Translations under genes and position numbers: made by a program
From: an uncultured virus (IMG/VR IMGVR_UViG_3300020430_001078)
Lineage: Duplodnaviria > Heunggongvirae > Uroviricota > Caudoviricetes
Reading direction: 5' to 3' (one strand)
DNA length: 64,000 nucleotides
IMG/VR virus record: IMGVR_UViG_3300020430_001078
Notes under the pieces: generated by a model
What the model was told of the DNA's origin: nothing
The model's database searches: none
Seen by the model: only the letters and a program-made list of their open reading frames with translations
Part shown: one piece after another, positions 56,435-64,000 of the stretch
Position numbering within the stretch: position 1 is the first letter of the stretch
How the letters are laid out: the number at the start of each line of letters is the position of its first letter

Positions 56435-57418
56435 ATGAAATACGTTTTGGTTGATACTGCGAATACTTTCTTTAGAGCTCGTCATGTGGTACGTGGTGAG
56501 TTAGATATGAAAGTAGGTATGGCATTTCACATAACATTCAACAGTTTGAAAAAGGCATGGAATGACTTTGATGCTGATCATATTGTTTTTTGTTTAGAAG
56601 GAAGAAGCTGGCGTAAGGATTTTTATCAACCTTATAAACGTAACAGACAAGAATTTAGAGATGCTTTGACAGAAGCACAACAACAAGAAGAAAAAATCTT
56701 CTGGGAAACATTTGACAAGTTCCGTGAATTTATTACACAGAAAACTAATTGCACAGTTTTACAACATGATGAATTAGAAGCAGATGATCTTATTGCAGGT
56801 TGGATACAACATCACCCAAATGATGAACACATTATTATTTCAACTGATGGAGATTTTGCACAATTAATAAGTCCAAAGGTATCGCAATACAACGGCATAT
56901 CTAATACTACTATCACACACGAAGGTTATTTTGATGACAAAGGCAAAAGTGTATTAGACAAAAAGACTGGCAAAGAAAAAAATGCTCCGAACCCAGAATG
57001 GTTGTTGTTTGAAAAATGTATGAGAGGCGATACAAGTGACAATGTATTTTCCGCTTATCCAGGTGTCAGAGTAAAAGGCACAAAGAACAAAGTAGGACTT
57101 GAAGAAGCATTCGCAGACAAAAGCAACAAAGGTTATGCTTGGAACAACTTGATGTTACAACGTTGGGTTGATCATGAAGGCAAAGAACATAGAGTACTTG
57201 ATGACTACAATAGAAATGTTACATTATGTGATTTGACAGCACAGCCTGAGAATATTAAAGATAAAATAAAAAACACTATATCAGAAAATGCACAACCTAA
57301 GGACGTTAAACAAGTAGGATTAAGACTTATGAAATTTTGTGCAATTTATGATATGCAAAGAATTACTGATAATGCACAGGCTTATGCTGAACCATTACAA
57401 GCAAGGTATCCTGTATGA
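56435..57418 (+). CDS. rnh: RNase H / 5'-3' flap exonuclease (T4 rnh-like)
   Basis: LVDTAN, SWRK, YKRNR, EADD, STDGDF, GDTSDNV. Confidence 0.9.
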   Translation: MKYVLVDTANTFFRARHVVRGELDMKVGMAFHITFNSLKKAWNDFDADHIVFCLEGRSWRKDFYQPYKRNRQEFRDALTEAQQQEEKIFWETFDKFREFITQKTNCTVLQHDELEADDLIAGWIQHHPNDEHIIISTDGDFAQLISPKVSQYNGISNTTITHEGYFDDKGKSVLDKKTGKEKNAPNPEWLLFEKCMRGDTSDNVFSAYPGVRVKGTKNKVGLEEAFADKSNKGYAWNNLMLQRWVDHEGKEHRVLDDYNRNVTLCDLTAQPENIKDKIKNTISENAQPKDVKQVGLRLMKFCAIYDMQRITDNAQAYAEPLQARYPV

Positions 57419-57606
57419 AGCTAGATAGAAAGATTCTATTTTTGTTGGGTGTAATTACAGTAGGATTGATCTTTAGTTTAGGTGCGAACGCATATTTGTT
57501 AAATGAGATAACGGATATTAGAATAATATTAGATTCACAATTTGAAGTAATATCAAACATAATGATGATGTTAGGCTTTGAATTAAAAGAATTACCATTA
57601 ATATAG
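57415..57606 (+). CDS. Small membrane protein
   Basis: N-terminal hydrophobic helix. Confidence 0.5.
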   Translation: MKLDRKILFLLGVITVGLIFSLGANAYLLNEITDIRIILDSQFEVISNIMMMLGFELKELPLI

Positions 57607-57618
57607 GAAGGTACATAT

Positions 57619-58101
57619 ATGACATCTTTAAAAGCAAACGAAATACTTAAAAACAAGTTTTGGATTATTGAAGATAAAGACACTAATGAAAAAGTAGGTA
57701 CGTTGTCAAAAGATCAAGACAATAGATATATGTATTCATGTGTAGACGGATCTTGGTTCTATGACAGCAAGAATTCAGTAGAAAGAGATCTAGGACACAT
57801 ACTATGGTCAAAAGGTAGCATATCAGATAAGGCAAGTCCAAGCAAAGAAATATATGACTTGCCAACATCAACTAATCCTTACAATGCTATGTTTGATCTA
57901 AAAAGAAAATTTGCTTTGTTTACAAAAAGTAAAAAGTCAAAGAGCTTGTATTGTGCAGGTTATTTTTGTATTCATTTTGAAAAGGGTTGGGTCAAGAGTT
58001 TTTGTCCTAAATTAGTTACTTTAGAAAAGTATGAACACAGAGGCCCTTTTAAAACAGAGCTAGAAATGAGAGCGGAGTTAAGTCATGTCAACAGACATTA
58101 A
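57619..58101 (+). CDS. Hypothetical phage protein
   Basis: 160 aa; YCAGY, FCPKL, GPFKT. Confidence 0.7.
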   Translation: MTSLKANEILKNKFWIIEDKDTNEKVGTLSKDQDNRYMYSCVDGSWFYDSKNSVERDLGHILWSKGSISDKASPSKEIYDLPTSTNPYNAMFDLKRKFALFTKSKKSKSLYCAGYFCIHFEKGWVKSFCPKLVTLEKYEHRGPFKTELEMRAELSHVNRH

Positions 58102-58327
58102 ACCCTTAAACACCATTCCTTTGCAACAATACATTGATAAAGTTAAAGTTGCAGACAGCACTAACCAACAAGAAGTACGTATGACGCTAATAGAAGCTAA
58201 AAACCTGGCATTTACACTAGCAGGTGTAATGTCAAGATTACATGGTGATCTTGAAAAGCTAGTAGACAAGCAAAATAATACAGAAGAAGTTGTTAGTGTT
58301 GCCGTAGATGGTGGTAAGACCTGGTAG
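58085..58327 (+). CDS. Hypothetical protein
   Basis: 80 aa, GGAG RBS. Confidence 0.6.
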   Translation: MSTDIKPLNTIPLQQYIDKVKVADSTNQQEVRMTLIEAKNLAFTLAGVMSRLHGDLEKLVDKQNNTEEVVSVAVDGGKTW

Positions 58328-58392
58328 CATAATCCAATAAACTACGTATATTACTCTTATACTTTGATAAATATTAGTATAAGGAACTTAAT

Positions 58393-58683
58393 ATGAGTAG
58401 ACCTAAACCAACAGTCGTTTTAGAACACGTTAATAAAAAGACGTATAAGTCTGAGCAGGTGCTCGATGCTGAAGCCATCTGGGCAGTATTTTATAAAGAC
58501 AAACCTTTCAATCTAAAAAGTTCTAACGTGCTAACAAACTACCCAGGACCTAAATACAAGAAAGTATCTTTTAGTAATCCAGGTCATGCTTTTAATTTAG
58601 CAAATAAATTAAATGAATTGTTTGACGTTAAAGATTTCACAGTAGTAAAACTCACTTCCGGCGAAACAGTTAAGGAAGAATAA
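58393..58683 (+). CDS. Hypothetical phage protein
   Basis: TAAATA and AAGGA; MSRPKP, FSNPGHA. Confidence 0.7.
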   Translation: MSRPKPTVVLEHVNKKTYKSEQVLDAEAIWAVFYKDKPFNLKSSNVLTNYPGPKYKKVSFSNPGHAFNLANKLNELFDVKDFTVVKLTSGETVKEE

Positions 58684-59078
58684 TGAACTGGAAAGAAACC
58701 TACACCAAGGTATTCTTGAAGCAGGCAGGTATAGCAATCAGCGAAAGCAGTCTGGCTGAGTATATGCCCCAATGGTGGCAGAACACAAGAGAGAAAGAAC
58801 AGGGTGGACTTAGACTTACAGAAGCAGGACTATTGTTTCTTATGGAAAAAATTGATCTTGCTACATATGATATTCCTTTTCCTCCAGATTTTAAAATAAC
58901 AACACAGGTTGTAATATTTTTGGACAAGTTTATTGACTGTCCATACTTCCTAACCAGCAAAGGTTTGACTGTTACGAACGAAAAGAAAGCACTCGAATTG
59001 CATCTTTTCAGTGGTGATGTTCGCAAATACGGATTGGCAAAAGCCCTAAAACGGACAGATGAATCTTTAAATCCTTGA
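58683..59078 (+). CDS. Hypothetical phage protein
   Basis: GLRLTEAG, IDCPY. Confidence 0.65.
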   Translation: MNWKETYTKVFLKQAGIAISESSLAEYMPQWWQNTREKEQGGLRLTEAGLLFLMEKIDLATYDIPFPPDFKITTQVVIFLDKFIDCPYFLTSKGLTVTNEKKALELHLFSGDVRKYGLAKALKRTDESLNP

Positions 59079-59119
59079 TATTATTGGATTCTTTTTTGGA
59101 AAAAAATTGCATTTTCCGG

Positions 59120-59148
59120 TTGACCTTTTGAGTAAATGGTGCTATTAT
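59120..59148 (+). promoter_or_regulatory. Sigma70-type promoter
   Basis: TTGACC-17-TATTAT with extended TG. Confidence 0.7.
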
Positions 59149-59195
59149 AATAAACATAATAAGGCACTGAGATAAATTAACAAAAGGAGTACAAC

Positions 59196-60281
59196 ATGGA
59201 AAACATCGCAGTTAGACAAGTTAGCCCCAACAATGCAAAGAAAAGCATCCTAAGGGCATTCAATAAACAAAGACCACTTTTTATATGGGGACCTCCAGGT
59301 ATTGGTAAGTCCGATATTGTTTCACAGATTTGTGAAGACATAGAAGCATATATGATTGATGTTCGTTTGTCATTATGGGAACCTACAGATATTAAAGGTG
59401 TTCCGTATTATGCGGCAAATGATAACACAATGAAGTGGGCGCCTCCGGCAGAATTGCCAGATGCAAAAATGGCTAAGAAGTACAAGAAGATTGTATTGTT
59501 CTTAGATGAAATGAATTCAGCCGCTCCGGCAGTACAGGCCGCGGCATATCAACTTATCCTTAACAGGAAGGTTGGTACATACAAATTACCTGATAATGTT
59601 TTTATTGTTGCCGCTGGTAACAGAGAAGCAGACAAGGGTGTAACTTACAGGATGCCTGCTCCGTTGGCAAACAGATTTGTACACTTAGAGTTGAAAGTGG
59701 ACTTTGATGATTGGTTTGCTTGGGCAGTAAAGAACAGTATCCATGAAGATGTAGTAGGTTACTTGACATTTGCAAAGAAAGACTTGTATGACTTTGATCC
59801 AAGAAGTCCAAGTAGATCTTTTGCAACACCTCGTTCATGGTCATTTGTTTCCGAGTTACTCGAAGACGATGATGATGAAGCAACCACAACAGATCTTGTT
59901 AGTGGTTCAGTCGGCGAAGGACTTGCCGTTAAATTTATGGCACACAGAAAAGTGTCAGCTCAATTACCTAATCCATCTGATGTATTGGCTGGTAAGGTAA
60001 AGACTTTAGATACAAAAGAAATCAGTGCCATGTATTCCTTAACTGTATCTTTATGTTATGAGTTGAAAGAAGCAAGTGATAAGAGTGATAAAAAGTTTGA
60101 TGATAAAGTCAATAACTTTTTACGTTTTGCGATGGACAATTTTGATACCGAATTGGTTGTCATGGGTATCAAATTAGCTCTTACCCAATATCAACTTCCA
60201 ATCGATCCAGATGAAGTTGAGTGCTTTGATGAGTTCCATGAAAGATACGGCAAATACATTAAAGCCGCACAAGAGAAGTAG
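59196..60281 (+). CDS. MoxR-like AAA+ ATPase
   Basis: WGPPGIGKS, LFLDEMN, AAGNR, LANRF, TPRSW. Confidence 0.9.
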   Translation: MENIAVRQVSPNNAKKSILRAFNKQRPLFIWGPPGIGKSDIVSQICEDIEAYMIDVRLSLWEPTDIKGVPYYAANDNTMKWAPPAELPDAKMAKKYKKIVLFLDEMNSAAPAVQAAAYQLILNRKVGTYKLPDNVFIVAAGNREADKGVTYRMPAPLANRFVHLELKVDFDDWFAWAVKNSIHEDVVGYLTFAKKDLYDFDPRSPSRSFATPRSWSFVSELLEDDDDEATTTDLVSGSVGEGLAVKFMAHRKVSAQLPNPSDVLAGKVKTLDTKEISAMYSLTVSLCYELKEASDKSDKKFDDKVNNFLRFAMDNFDTELVVMGIKLALTQYQLPIDPDEVECFDEFHERYGKYIKAAQEK

Positions 60282-60289
60282 GCAACTAC

Positions 60290-60322
60290 GGGGGAAAATT
60301 TTGGTTTTCCCCCACTCTTTTT
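60290..60322 (+). terminator. Rho-independent terminator
   Basis: GGGGGAAAA/TTTTCCCCC stem followed by ACTCTTTTT. Confidence 0.65.
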
Positions 60323-60324
60323 GG

Positions 60325-60353
60325 TTGACAAATTCAATTAAATATCATATAAT
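60325..60353 (+). promoter_or_regulatory. Sigma70-type promoter
   Basis: TTGACA-17-TATAAT, perfect consensus. Confidence 0.88.
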
Positions 60354-60376
60354 AGTATTATAACAATTAGAAAAAG

Positions 60377-61684
60377 ATGGCACAAATGACAACAAATATA
60401 CCGACACAAGATAAAGAAGTATTAGACAGATGGGAAGAAGCTAAAAAGATCCCAGAAATTGAAGTTACTGACGAACTTAGAGCAGAAGTATTAGACAAGA
60501 TTATTGTAGCAAGAGTAGGACTATTATTAAGACATCCTTTCTTTGGTAACATGGCTACAAGATTAATAATCAAAGAAGCAACAGATTGGTGTCCTACTGC
60601 CGCAACAGATGGTAAGCATTTATTTTATAGTGTTCCATTCTTTGCAAAGATGAATAACAAAGAAGTTGAATTTGTTATTGCACATGAAATACTTCATTGT
60701 GTATATGACCATATGACAAGACGTGAAGATAGAGATGCTATGCTTCATAACATTGCCGCAGACTACATTGTAAACAATACACTTGTTAGAGATGGCATAG
60801 GTGAAAAACCTGCAGATATTCCTATATACCAAGACTTTAAATATGAAGGTTGGACTTCAGAAGCAGTATATGATGAGCTTTACAAAAAAGCTGACAAAGA
60901 AGAATTAAAACAATTAGGTAAATTACTTGATGAACACATTGACTGGGAAAAAGGTGATGGTCAAAGCAAGTCTGGTAAGCAAGAAGGTAAAGGTAACAAG
61001 CCTTCTTATAGCAAAGAAGAATTACAAAAAATTAGAGATGAAATAAAAGAAAACATGATGTCCGCGGCACAGGCCGCTGGTGCTGGTAAAGTTCCTGCAG
61101 AGATTGAAAGAATGATTAAGGAACTTACAGAGCCTAAGATGAACTGGAGAGAAATACTTAGACAGCAAATACAAAGTACTATTAGAAATGATTACAGTTT
61201 TGCTCGTCCTAGCAGAAGAGGTTGGCACACTGGTGCAATACTTCCAGGTATGCAATTCCAAGAAACAATTGACATTTGTATTGCTATTGATATGTCAGGT
61301 TCTATTGGTGACACACAGGCAAAAGACTTCTTAAGTGAAGTACAAGGTATTATGGAAGAGTACAAAGATTACACTATTAAATTATGGTGCTTTGATACTA
61401 AGGTTTATAACGAGCAAGATTTTACTGCTGACAACGGATCTGATCTTAATGATTATCAAGTGATGGGTGGCGGTGGAACAGACTTTATGGCCAACTGGGA
61501 TTATATGAAAGAAAATGATATACAACCTAAGAGGTTCATAATGTTTACAGATGGTTATCCTTGGGATAACTGGGGTGATGAAAATTACTGTGATACAGTT
61601 TTTGTTGTTCACTCACATCATGACAAGAACTTACAAGCACCATTCGGTGTTACTTGTCACTATGAAGAATCAAAGGCGGCTTAA
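60377..61684 (+). CDS. Metallopeptidase-like (HExxH) plus VWA domain protein (DUF2201-like)
   Basis: TAATDG, HEILH, IDMSGS MIDAS, GGGTDF, FTDG. Confidence 0.88.
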   Translation: MAQMTTNIPTQDKEVLDRWEEAKKIPEIEVTDELRAEVLDKIIVARVGLLLRHPFFGNMATRLIIKEATDWCPTAATDGKHLFYSVPFFAKMNNKEVEFVIAHEILHCVYDHMTRREDRDAMLHNIAADYIVNNTLVRDGIGEKPADIPIYQDFKYEGWTSEAVYDELYKKADKEELKQLGKLLDEHIDWEKGDGQSKSGKQEGKGNKPSYSKEELQKIRDEIKENMMSAAQAAGAGKVPAEIERMIKELTEPKMNWREILRQQIQSTIRNDYSFARPSRRGWHTGAILPGMQFQETIDICIAIDMSGSIGDTQAKDFLSEVQGIMEEYKDYTIKLWCFDTKVYNEQDFTADNGSDLNDYQVMGGGGTDFMANWDYMKENDIQPKRFIMFTDGYPWDNWGDENYCDTVFVVHSHHDKNLQAPFGVTCHYEESKAA

Positions 61685-61829
61685 TGAAACAACTGTGGAA
61701 TGCATGGGGTCCTTTATTCATGGCAGTAATAATTGCTGTCGGAGTCGTGTACTTCACTATTGAAACAGAATGGGTAACTGCATTGGAACATAACTTAAAA
61801 TGTAGCGGAGCGATTGGTGGTGGTTGCGA

Positions 61830-62096
61830 ATGAAACCCAATGCATTAAACTTTTTTGGAATTCGAGAGGTTAAGTATCAGCCACCTCATTTTGAATATCT
61901 TGATATAGAACAATCTTACAATCTTGAAGATGCAGTAAGAAAATGGATAATGGAAAAAATGAAAGGCAGATTCACAATTGGCAAAACAATGATTTTGGAT
62001 AGCAAAAATCAATACAAGAATCAATTAAGAATTGGTTTTGAAAACGAAAAAGAGCTTTCTTATTTCATGTTAGCCTGTCCACATTTAAAGTATTAA
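61830..62096 (+). CDS. Hypothetical phage protein
   Basis: IGFENEKELSYFML. Confidence 0.6.
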   Translation: MKPNALNFFGIREVKYQPPHFEYLDIEQSYNLEDAVRKWIMEKMKGRFTIGKTMILDSKNQYKNQLRIGFENEKELSYFMLACPHLKY

Positions 62097-62146
62097 TAAG
62101 TATTAAGTAGGTATATAATTATACTATTATAATAGGAGAGACATAA

Positions 62147-62470
62147 ATGTCAGATGAAAATAAAACTGCAACGGCTCCAGCAAATGAGCCAGCACCGACT
62201 ATGCCAGCACCGACGGGTGATGTAGCACAGGCCGGACAAGCACCGCAGTCTACAGAACTTACAGTTCAAGATTTAGGTGTCTTAAAAACTATCATTGAAG
62301 TTGCACAAAGTCGTGGGGCATTCAAAGCCAACGAACTTGAAGCGGTAGGAAAAACTTTTAACAAGTTAGATACCTTTTTAACTTCAATTCAAAATCAACA
62401 AGTAGCGAAGCAACCTGACGCACCTGCGCCAGCAACTGCTCCTGCTGAAGGAGATAAAGCAAATGGCTAA
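62147..62470 (+). CDS. Hypothetical protein
   Basis: AGGAG RBS; LTVQDL...RGAFKANE. Confidence 0.7.
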   Translation: MSDENKTATAPANEPAPTMPAPTGDVAQAGQAPQSTELTVQDLGVLKTIIEVAQSRGAFKANELEAVGKTFNKLDTFLTSIQNQQVAKQPDAPAPATAPAEGDKANG

Positions 62471-63065
62471 TATGAAACACATAGGAAGAATGAAAGAGAC
62501 AGGAAGAAAAGTTGCTGTCGTTTTCAGAACAATACCTGGTGATCCAAATAGTGCATTGGTTGTTCAAACTGAAAATATTAAAGATGCTGAACATGATAAG
62601 TTAATGACTTTGATTGAAAGCAACACAGGTCAGACAGCTGATGAACTTGCAGATGCTATGCAAAGAACACCACTAGGTGATGGTAGCATGATGTTAAACA
62701 GTTTCCACCTAGCTGGAAAGTTAACAAAAGTATCAACTGCTGATGTTGAAATGACACCAGACACACAAAACACAATTAGTTTAGATGAACTTAATAAAAT
62801 GATCGCTGAACAAAAAGGTGTAAGTGTATCTGATTTAGCAGTAGGTGGTACAAGTGTTGAGACAGTAGCAACTGCTCAAACAATACCATCTGGTGAAGCA
62901 GGTGCAACTATCGAAGCCGCAAAAGAACAGCCTTTGACAGATGCTCAGTTGGCAAATAACATGAGAGCAGATGCTGATGCATTGTTCAAAGAAGCGACTG
63001 AACTACGAAAAAAAGCTGAGGATTTAAGCCCAAGTTCAAGTGGGAAATCCAGTGGCAAGGCCTAA
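62463..63065 (+). CDS. Hypothetical protein
   Basis: AAGGAG RBS; MKHIGR. Confidence 0.7.
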   Translation: MANMKHIGRMKETGRKVAVVFRTIPGDPNSALVVQTENIKDAEHDKLMTLIESNTGQTADELADAMQRTPLGDGSMMLNSFHLAGKLTKVSTADVEMTPDTQNTISLDELNKMIAEQKGVSVSDLAVGGTSVETVATAQTIPSGEAGATIEAAKEQPLTDAQLANNMRADADALFKEATELRKKAEDLSPSSSGKSSGKA

Positions 63066-63366
63066 GAAGAAAGGCCTTCCGCCCGAAGTTGTTGACAAAT
63101 GGCCCGATGTATTCGGAGACGTTGATGTCCGTGCAATACCGTTAGAGTACTTACACTCTTTAAGAGTGCGTTTTAATAATGGTAAACAATGGGATATAGC
63201 AGTAGACGTAAATAAGAACCCTGCTAAACAACTCGAAAAAACACTAAAAGAACTGTTTCATACCTATGATAGCAGTATAAAACACGTGGACTTTAAACTA
63301 GACACAGATCGCGTCAAAAAAGACGTACAGAAGTCCACGAATCGCTTTCTAAAACGCCGCAAGTAA
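63040..63366 (+). CDS. Hypothetical protein
   Basis: WPDVF, IPLEYL. Confidence 0.6.
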   Translation: MGNPVARPKKKGLPPEVVDKWPDVFGDVDVRAIPLEYLHSLRVRFNNGKQWDIAVDVNKNPAKQLEKTLKELFHTYDSSIKHVDFKLDTDRVKKDVQKSTNRFLKRRK

Positions 63367-63379
63367 AATGCTAATTTGG

Positions 63380-63387
63380 TATAAATA
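63380..63387 (+). promoter_or_regulatory. T4-type late promoter
   Basis: Exact TATAAATA upstream of a structural gene; TAAATA core recurs before late genes (e.g. 70, 5932, 7551, 11393, 12756, 16465, 19404, 22313, 27651, 28295, 32056). Confidence 0.75.
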
Positions 63388-63415
63388 CATATAACAGATC
63401 CAGGAGATGTAAGTA

Positions 63416-64000
63416 ATGGCGTTAAAATTAAGAAGAGGAACAGACTCACAAAGAGCTTTAATTACACCAGCAGATGGTGAATTAATCTATACTACAGACA
63501 CCAAAAAGCTATTTGTTGGAGACGGATCAACACAAGGTGGTAATCCTGTTGATACAGCCGGCTCGGCATTAGGGTCAAATCTTTCGCTTAACAACTTTGA
63601 TTTAGTTGGCACAGGTAACGTTAATATTTCAGGTAACATTACTGCAACTGGAAACATCACTGCTGATGGAAACTTAACACTAGGTGGAAATCTAACAGTT
63701 GGTGACGCAAACACAGATACATTAAATTTAACAGCCAAAGTAGAATCACATATTTTACCAGACGTTGATAGTGCAAGAAACGTTGGTTCAGCAACACTAA
63801 GATGGAACCAAGGTTACTTTGGATCTTTACACATTACAGATACACTTGATGCTGGAAGTGTAAATGCAAATATTATTGGTGATGATTCAACAGTTTTAAT
63901 AAACAAGGCAAGTGGAGCGGCAAACTTAACAGGAAGTTTCAAAGGTGACATTAATGCAACTGATAACTCAAGTTTCTTTAATGCAACTTCAAAAGAAGTA
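63416..64000 (+). CDS. Tail fibre/structural protein (partial, runs off window)
   Basis: AGGAG RBS; MALKLRRGT...GELIYTTDTKKLFVGDG N-terminus; open to the end. Confidence 0.8.
   Translation, partial: MALKLRRGTDSQRALITPADGELIYTTDTKKLFVGDGSTQGGNPVDTAGSALGSNLSLNNFDLVGTGNVNISGNITATGNITADGNLTLGGNLTVGDANTDTLNLTAKVESHILPDVDSARNVGSATLRWNQGYFGSLHITDTLDAGSVNANIIGDDSTVLINKASGAANLTGSFKGDINATDNSSFFNATSKEV

Noticed and set aside
55..63738. Many minus-strand and alternate-frame ORFs in the track (e.g. 6038-6511, 10583-11032, 26309-26935, 55133-55606)
   Set aside because: They shadow well-supported + strand genes, lack RBS and motifs, and reflect codon bias.
1..64000. CRISPR array, tRNA or rRNA genes
   Set aside because: No regularly spaced repeats or cloverleaf seen, and intergenic gaps are short. 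This was checked by eye only.
1..64000. Stop-codon reassignment
   Set aside because: Conserved genes are full length in code 11 and end in TAA, TAG and TGA.

Overview
This 64 kb window comes from a large, AT-rich, gene-dense dsDNA tailed phage (T4-like myovirus organisation). A marine alphaproteobacterial host is likely but inferred only from the FdxA, ACP and ClpA-type genes. The standard genetic code fits, and all real genes except phoH are on the + strand. In order, the window holds: tail/baseplate genes with two subtilisin-like proteases, a YHYH protein and an esterase-bearing Ig-repeat protein (1-12 kb); a DnaE fragment, GroES, MazG-like, 2OG oxygenases, clamp loader, ferredoxin, parvulin, ThyX and PhoH (12-20 kb); a lysis cassette containing a serine-less acyl carrier protein (20.6-23.3 kb); DnaJ, PDF and ClpA (23-27 kb); a cluster of basic proteins with T4-like capsid-targeting N-termini (28-34 kb); family-B DNA polymerase and a probable clamp (36-42 kb); a dispersed 7-deazaguanine DNA-modification locus (DpdA/TGT, QueD-like, FolE, flavodoxin+QueE, no QueC in the window) interleaved with a glycosyltransferase, oxygenases, a PRTase and an MBD4-like glycosylase (41-56 kb); RNase H and a MoxR/VWA pair (56-62 kb); and the start of another tail gene. 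Best leads are a possibly glycosylated deazaguanine base, the ACP mimic, the packaged peptide/enzyme cassette, two candidate RNA regulators (polB twin-hairpin operator, folE leader pseudoknot) and frequent leaderless transcripts. All product calls come from motif recognition by eye, and no database searches were run.
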